DNA of 64,000 nt from Acidobacteria bacterium RIFCSPLOWO2_12_FULL_66_21. Its GTDB lineage: Bacteria; Acidobacteriota; Vicinamibacteria; Vicinamibacterales; 2-12-FULL-66-21. The notes beneath the pieces are model-generated. The model was not told the origin of the DNA. It saw only the letters and a program-made list of their open reading frames with translations, and searched no databases. How positions within the stretch are numbered: position 1 is the first letter of the stretch; each line of letters begins with the position of its first letter. Location of the stretch: contig MELC01000044.1 in NCBI GenBank assembly GCA_001767455.1, forward strand, positions 30,163-94,162, written 5' to 3'. Of the stretch, positions 58,697 through 64,000 are shown piece after piece. Position numbers and translations under genes: made by a program.

Positions 58697-61117
58697 ATGT
58701 CCGGAGACGTGCGATACGCGCTGCGGTCATTCCTGAAGACACCGGGCCTCGCGGCGGTAATCGTCCTGACGCTTGCCGTCGGCATAGGTGCCAATACGGC
58801 CATCTTCAGCGTCGTCAACACGCTGCTGCTCCAGCCGCTGCCGTACACGGATGCCGATCGCCTCGCCGTCATCTGGGAGCACAACCTGCCGCGCGACAGA
58901 AAGAACAACGTGGTGTCCCCGGGAAACTTCATCCACTGGCGCGAGATGCAGCACAGCTTCGTCGATCTCGCCGCGGTCAGCGGCATGCAGTCGCTCAACC
59001 TGAAGGTCACGCTGACCGGCGCCGGCGAGCCGGAGGAAGTGCCGGTGCAGGCGGTATCCGCGTCGTTCTTCCCCCTGCTCGGCGTGCAGCCCGCGCGGGG
59101 CCGTGCGTTCACTGCGGAAGAGGACCGCCCGCAAAGCCGCGTGGTCGTGCTCGGCGATCGTCTGTGGCGCCGGCGGTACGGCGCCGATCCCTCGATCGTC
59201 GAGAAGACCATCACGATACAGGGAGCCCCGTACACGGTCGTGGGTGTGATGCCGTCAGGATTCTCGTACCTGGACAAGAGCATCGAGCTGTGGATTCCGA
59301 TCGGCTTCCCGGCGGACGCGCGGACGCCGCGCGGGCGATGGCTCAACGTGGTCGGACGGCTGAAGCCGGGCGTCACTTTCGAGCAGGCGCAGGAGGACAT
59401 GAAGCGCGTCCACGCGGAGCTCGCGCGCCAGTATCCGAACTTCAACACCGGCTGGACCGCACGGGTGGTGCCCCTTCGACAGGAGCTCACGGGGGACGTG
59501 CGTCCCGCGCTGCTCGTCCTGCTCGGTGCAGTCGTGTTCGTGCTGCTCATCGCATGCGCCAACGTCGCGAACCTGCTGCTCGCCCGCGCGACGTCACGGC
59601 AGCGCGAGCTGGCCGTGCGCGCGGCGCTCGGCGCGGGGCGTGGCCGCATCGTGCGCCAGTTGCTCGCCGAGAGCCTCGTGCTGGCCACCTCTGGCGGTGC
59701 GGCCGGCCTGCTGCTCGCGTGGTGGGCCCTGCGGGTGTTCCGAACGGTTGCCGCCGCGAATCTGCCCATCCAGCGGCTCGAGGCTGTCGGTCTCGATTGG
59801 CGGGTCGTTGCCTTCACCATCGGGGCCTCACTCCTGAGCGGGGTCTTCTTCGGGCTCATTCCGGCGCTCACCACGTCCGGCCCAGTGCTGACGGAGGCGT
59901 TGAAGGAAGGCGGGCGTTCAGGCTCCGCGTCGCGAGGTCACCGGATGCGGTCCGCGTTCGTCGTCCTGGAAGTGGCGCTCGCGCTCGTGCTCCTCGTCGG
60001 CGCGGGGCTACTCGTGCGCTCGTTCGCCAGGCTCCTCGATGTGGACCCCGGCTTCAATCCGGCGCACACGATTACGATGCGCGTTTCACTCCCGAGCACG
60101 CGGTACCGCGAAGACGAATCCCACGTCCGGTTCTTCCAGCGTCTGTTCGAGCGCATCGACGCCCTGCCGGACGTGCAGGCATCCGGCGCAGTGAGCTTCC
60201 TTCCACTGGCGGGCACCGGCGCCGCCACGGGGTTCCACATCGTTGGACGTCCGACACCACCACGCGGAGAAGAACCGGTGTGCGACGTGCGGGTCGCCGC
60301 GAGCCAGTACTTCACGGCGATGGGCATCACGCTTCTGAGAGGCCGGCTCTTCGACGAACGCGATCCAAACGACTCGAGGAACCGCGTCGTCATCAACGAA
60401 ACGATGGCGCGCCAGTACTGGCCGAACGAAGACCCGCTCGGCAAGCGCGTGCGCATCTCGTGGAATGACGATCGCGAGGACGAGATCGTGGGCGTTGTCT
60501 CCGACGTTCGGCAGACGAGCCTGGACACCAAAGCACGCGCCACGACCTACTGGCCGTATCCGCGATTCCCGTACGGCACGATGACCCTTGCGATTCGCGC
60601 AGGCGGCGATCCATCGCCGCTCGCACGTGCCGTGACGACGCTCGTGCACGAGCAGGATCCGCAGCTCGCGGTGGCCGCCGTCAAGACGATGGACGACGTC
60701 GTCGCCGACTCAGTCGCAGATCGACGTTTGACGATGGTGCTGCTCGCCTTCTTTGCCGCGGCGGCCCTGATGCTGGCCGCAGTCGGCGTGTACGGCGTGA
60801 TCGGGTACATGGTGACGGAGCGAACGCGTGAGATTGGCATCCGCATGGCGCTCGGCGCGCAGCCGGGCCGCGTGCTGACGATGGTGGTCAGCCGCGCGCT
60901 TCTCCTGACGATGGGGGGAATCGCGCTTGGTGCGGCAGGCGCGCTCGCGCTCACCGGGCTGATGACGAAGCTGTTGTTCGACGTGAAGCCCGCGGACCCG
61001 GTGACGTTTGCCGCGGTGGCCGCGCTCCTGGCCCTCGTGGCGCTCGCCGCGAGCCTTGGTCCCGCCCGCCGCGCCACGCGCGTCGATCCGGTGCTGGCGC
61101 TCCGCACCGACGCCTGA
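58697..61117 (+). CDS. MacB/FtsX-like duplicated ABC permease (second tandem paralogue)
   Basis: '[50 protein letters not shown]', '[30 protein letters not shown]' and '[21 protein letters not shown]'. The ATG lies 2 nt after the upstream stop, with a GAGGAG RBS. Confidence 0.9.
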   Translation: MSGDVRYALRSFLKTPGLAAVIVLTLAVGIGANTAIFSVVNTLLLQPLPYTDADRLAVIWEHNLPRDRKNNVVSPGNFIHWREMQHSFVDLAAVSGMQSLNLKVTLTGAGEPEEVPVQAVSASFFPLLGVQPARGRAFTAEEDRPQSRVVVLGDRLWRRRYGADPSIVEKTITIQGAPYTVVGVMPSGFSYLDKSIELWIPIGFPADARTPRGRWLNVVGRLKPGVTFEQAQEDMKRVHAELARQYPNFNTGWTARVVPLRQELTGDVRPALLVLLGAVVFVLLIACANVANLLLARATSRQRELAVRAALGAGRGRIVRQLLAESLVLATSGGAAGLLLAWWALRVFRTVAAANLPIQRLEAVGLDWRVVAFTIGASLLSGVFFGLIPALTTSGPVLTEALKEGGRSGSASRGHRMRSAFVVLEVALALVLLVGAGLLVRSFARLLDVDPGFNPAHTITMRVSLPSTRYREDESHVRFFQRLFERIDALPDVQASGAVSFLPLAGTGAATGFHIVGRPTPPRGEEPVCDVRVAASQYFTAMGITLLRGRLFDERDPNDSRNRVVINETMARQYWPNEDPLGKRVRISWNDDREDEIVGVVSDVRQTSLDTKARATTYWPYPRFPYGTMTLAIRAGGDPSPLARAVTTLVHEQDPQLAVAAVKTMDDVVADSVADRRLTMVLLAFFAAAALMLAAVGVYGVIGYMVTERTREIGIRMALGAQPGRVLTMVVSRALLLTMGGIALGAAGALALTGLMTKLLFDVKPADPVTFAAVAALLALVALAASLGPARRATRVDPVLALRTDA

Positions 61118-61248
61118 AGAGAACCCGTTGGACCCATAGAACCTCAAGAATTGGTGAATCGGCGAATTCACGAATTCACGGATTTCAGCCTGCTGAACGA
61201 CCACGGCTGCGCTGCACGTCTGCTGCCCCGTGGTACGATTCCCCTGGC

Positions 61249-62565
61249 ATGCTGCTGGCGTGGACGATCATCGTCCTGCTGATTCTCCTGACGGCGCTCT
61301 ACGTCGCCGCGGAGTTCGCGGCCGTCAGCGCGCGGCGCAGCCGGTTGAGGCGGATGGCGGAAGACGGCCACCTGCTGGCGGCGAGAATCCTTCCCGTCCT
61401 GCAGGACGGGCGCGCGCTCGATCGCTACATCGCCGCGTCGCAGGTTGGCATCACGTTGTCGAGCCTGATCCTCGGCGCGTACGGCCAGGCGACGATTGCT
61501 CCGCGGGTCGCGCCCTGGCTCGAGTCGCTCGGCGGCATGGACGAAGCCGCCGCCACATCGACGGCCGCCGCAGCCGTACTGATCTTTCTCACCACGCTCG
61601 CCGTCATCCTCGGCGAGCTCGTACCGAAGTCGCTGGCGCTGCAGAACCCCACCCGGGCCGCGATCTTCACGGTGCTGCCGATGCAGTGGTCACTGTACGC
61701 GTTCGCGCCGTTCATCGCGGTTCTCAATGGAAGCGGTGTCGGGCTGCTGCGGCTGCTCGGCGTCCCCGCCACCGGCCATCGCCACGTGCACTCGCCCGAG
61801 GAGATCGAGCTGCTGATTGCGGAGAGCCGCGACGGCGGCCTGCTCGAGCCGCTCGAGCAGGTCCGGCTCCACCGGGCACTGCGGCTGGGCCTGCGGACGG
61901 CGGGCCAGTTGATGGTGCCGCGCGCGCGCCTCGCCGGCATCGAGGCGGACACGCCCTTCGACGAGGTGCTGCGGCTCGTCGCCTCGAATCCCTACAGCAG
62001 GCTGCCGGTGTATCGCGGCTCGCTCGAGAACGTCATCGGCATCCTCCACACGAAGGACGTCGTCGCCGCGTACGTGCATGGCGGAGCGTCCGGCATTGCC
62101 TCGCTGCTGCGGCCGATCGTCCGCGTCCCGGACTCGATGGCCGCCGACCGCCTTCTCGCGTTTCTTCGCGAGCGCCGGAGCCATCAGGGCGTCGTGGTCG
62201 ACGCGGCAGGCGCGGTCGTCGGACTGATCACGCTCGAGGACGTCGTCGGCGAGCTGCTCGGCGGCGTGGCCGACGAGTTCAAAGGGGCACAGCTTCAAGC
62301 GATCCGCCTGTCGGATGGACGACTCCGGATACCGGCCATGATGCGGCTGGACCAGGCGGCCGCCCTTGTCGGAGCACGATGGCAGGGGACACCCGACACC
62401 GGCGTCGGGAGCTACGTCGTCCAAGCGCTCGGCCGGGTGCCGGAGTCCGGCGAGCAGGTGGTGATTGAGGGCGTGGACGTCGAAATCGAGGTCATCGAGG
62501 GCGACGCGGTCATGACGATCATCGCCGGCCGGCGCCGCCTGCCGGAGGAGGATGGCGCGCGATGA
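61249..62565 (+). CDS. CNNM/HlyC/CorC-family transporter (DUF21, CBS pair, CorC_HlyC)
   Basis: 'LLTALYVAAEFAAVSARRSRL', 'LVPKSLALQNP', 'MVPRARLAGIEADTP', 'SRLPVYRGSLENVIGILHTKDV' and 'GLITLEDVVGELLG'. Confidence 0.9.
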   Translation: MLLAWTIIVLLILLTALYVAAEFAAVSARRSRLRRMAEDGHLLAARILPVLQDGRALDRYIAASQVGITLSSLILGAYGQATIAPRVAPWLESLGGMDEAAATSTAAAAVLIFLTTLAVILGELVPKSLALQNPTRAAIFTVLPMQWSLYAFAPFIAVLNGSGVGLLRLLGVPATGHRHVHSPEEIELLIAESRDGGLLEPLEQVRLHRALRLGLRTAGQLMVPRARLAGIEADTPFDEVLRLVASNPYSRLPVYRGSLENVIGILHTKDVVAAYVHGGASGIASLLRPIVRVPDSMAADRLLAFLRERRSHQGVVVDAAGAVVGLITLEDVVGELLGGVADEFKGAQLQAIRLSDGRLRIPAMMRLDQAAALVGARWQGTPDTGVGSYVVQALGRVPESGEQVVIEGVDVEIEVIEGDAVMTIIAGRRRLPEEDGAR

Positions 62566-63851
62566 CCGCCCTGCTGATCATCACCGCCTTGATCCTGCTC
62601 AACGGCGTATTCGTCGCCGCCGAGTTCGCCATCGTCGGCGTGCCGCGCGCCGCGATCGACCGCCGCGCCGCCGAGGGGAACGCCCTCGCGAAGGCGGTCC
62701 AGGCGGTTCTCGACAACCCTCGACAACAGGATCGGTACATCGCGACGGCTCAGCTCGGTATCACGGTCGCGAGCCTCGGTCTCGGCATGTATGGAGAGCA
62801 CGTGGTGGCCGACAGCGTGTACCACCTGCTTGGCGCAACGGGGCTCCCCGCGTGGGTCGTCTCCCACGGTCTCGCCAGCGTCCTCGCCGTGGCGACGCTC
62901 ACCTACTTCCACATCGTCGTCGGCGAGATGGTTCCCAAGTCGCTCGCGCTGCAGCGCGCGGAGCAGATGGCGCTGTGGATCACGCGGCCGATGCTGTGGC
63001 TGAAGAACGTACTCTTTCCGTTCGTCGTCGCGCTGAACGGCATCGGCAACCTGGTGCTCCGTGGCATGGGCGTCAACCGTCAGTTGCAGAACGCCGACCA
63101 GTACTACACGCCGGAGGAGCTGCAGCTCGTCGTGCAGGAGAGCGAAGAGCTTGGCGCGCTGCGAGCCGAGTCAGGCCAGATGCTGCAGGAGCTCTTCGAG
63201 TTCGGCGATCTCACCGCGGGGGAGGCGATGATTCCGCGGGTGCGCATCTCGGGCATTCCGCTCGGCGCCAGCCCGGCCAAGGTGCGCGACATCCTCGGAG
63301 CGTCGCCGCACACGCGCTTTCCCATCTACGAGGGAGATACCGATCACATTCTGGGCATCGTCCACATCAAGGACCTCCTGCGCGTGCTGCTCGGCAACCA
63401 GGCGATCAGCCTGACGCATGCGCGGCCGGTTCCGCTCGTCCCCGAGACCGCTCCGCTCGATTCCGTGCTGGCCATCATGCGGCGCGAGAAGACGCAGATG
63501 GTGATTGTCATCGACGAGCACGGCGGCACGGCCGGAATCGTCACGCTCGAGGACCTCTTCGAGGAGGTCGTCGGTGAAATCGAGGAGGGACCCGTGGGCG
63601 CGCCGCATACCTATCGCGACGCGCAGGGGCGGCTGCGCGTACCGGGGACGCTGCGCGTGGACGAGCTCGGCGGCCAGTTCGACCTGGATCTCGAGCACGA
63701 GGACGTGGACAGCGTCAGCGGCCTCGTCCTGACGCTGCTCGGGCGTCCGGCGGTCGTGGGAGACACCGTGCGGTACGAGCGCCTGCAATTCGAGGTGACG
63801 GCGGTGAAGGGGCACGGCGTCGAGGAATGCGCCGTGTCTCTCGTGGAGTAG
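62562..63851 (+). CDS. CNNM/HlyC/CorC-family transporter (paralogue, ATGA-coupled)
   Basis: 'LLNGVFVAAEFAIVGVPRAAI', 'MVPKSLALQRA', 'MIPRVRISGIPLGA', 'TRFPIYEGDTDHILGIVHIKDL' and 'GIVTLEDLFEEVVGEI'. Confidence 0.9.
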   Translation: MTALLIITALILLNGVFVAAEFAIVGVPRAAIDRRAAEGNALAKAVQAVLDNPRQQDRYIATAQLGITVASLGLGMYGEHVVADSVYHLLGATGLPAWVVSHGLASVLAVATLTYFHIVVGEMVPKSLALQRAEQMALWITRPMLWLKNVLFPFVVALNGIGNLVLRGMGVNRQLQNADQYYTPEELQLVVQESEELGALRAESGQMLQELFEFGDLTAGEAMIPRVRISGIPLGASPAKVRDILGASPHTRFPIYEGDTDHILGIVHIKDLLRVLLGNQAISLTHARPVPLVPETAPLDSVLAIMRREKTQMVIVIDEHGGTAGIVTLEDLFEEVVGEIEEGPVGAPHTYRDAQGRLRVPGTLRVDELGGQFDLDLEHEDVDSVSGLVLTLLGRPAVVGDTVRYERLQFEVTAVKGHGVEECAVSLVE

Positions 63852-64000
63852 CTGTCGTCGCCTTCCTCCGAAGGCTCTAACCAGCCGGCAGACCGGCTTC
63901 TCGGCGCCCATCCTGCTGCACCGGCTTCACGACGACGGTGGCCAGCAGGTAACCGTGCCTCCGCACGGCAGGGACGTGGCGATCGAGGAACACGAAGGGG

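Noticed and set aside
1-64000. tRNA, rRNA, tmRNA or riboswitch candidates in the intergenic regions (1862-2108, 4712-4842, 12022-12202, 19489-19717, 27488-27759, 34888-35053, 44353-44751 and 61118-61248).
   Set aside because: I could recognise no cloverleaf-compatible segments, conserved rRNA stretches or known riboswitch cores by eye. A tRNAscan/Rfam scan would be needed to be sure.

Overview
A high-GC bacterial chromosomal segment, probably Acidobacteriota. This is inferred from PadR-linked and orphan 'ADOP'/MacB-like duplicated permeases, carboxypeptidase-regulatory-domain TonB-type receptors, TolB-propeller fusions and many ECF sigma factors. I saw no rRNA, tRNA or CRISPR array.

Most of the window is ordinary but regulator-rich: three ECF sigma modules, two PadR regulators, a vapBC pair, CapA, AsmA, prs, a hybrid histidine kinase, an MFS transporter and two CNNM/CorC transporters. 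It also holds a 1733-aa FG-GAP/Ig-repeat surface protein and a YaiO-HEAT-GT2 candidate exopolysaccharide module.

The most unusual part is 0.6-7.6 kb:
- A 3.2-kb IS1-family-like transposon at 1543-4759 has perfect 16-bp terminal inverted repeats and an intact 8-bp target-site duplication.
- Besides a frameshifted transposase, it carries a Cas2-like small ORF, a small basic ORF, and an overlapping pair. That pair is a 272-aa orphan protein with an antitoxin-like C-terminal tail plus a PIN nuclease, and is a candidate atypical toxin-antitoxin or defence module.
- Next to it, a 107-bp direct repeat duplicates the padR leader and first 17 codons, with the start codon mutated in the upstream copy.
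- This repeat brackets a 2.6-kb run of internally deleted gene remnants (otsB, a cation/H+ antiporter, otsA, nhaA, and a rodZ-like gene).

Other points of interest:
- An in-frame TAG splits a roughly 1000-aa TolB-propeller/amidohydrolase gene in the middle of a repeat motif.
- The kinase gene contains a near-identical tandem PAS duplication.
- Three tandem 38-bp palindrome-bearing repeats lie upstream of two orphan permeases.
- An AI-2E transporter is fused to a B12-binding-like module.
- Several further gene remnants are scattered through the window.

All functional calls come from motif recognition by eye. No database search was run.
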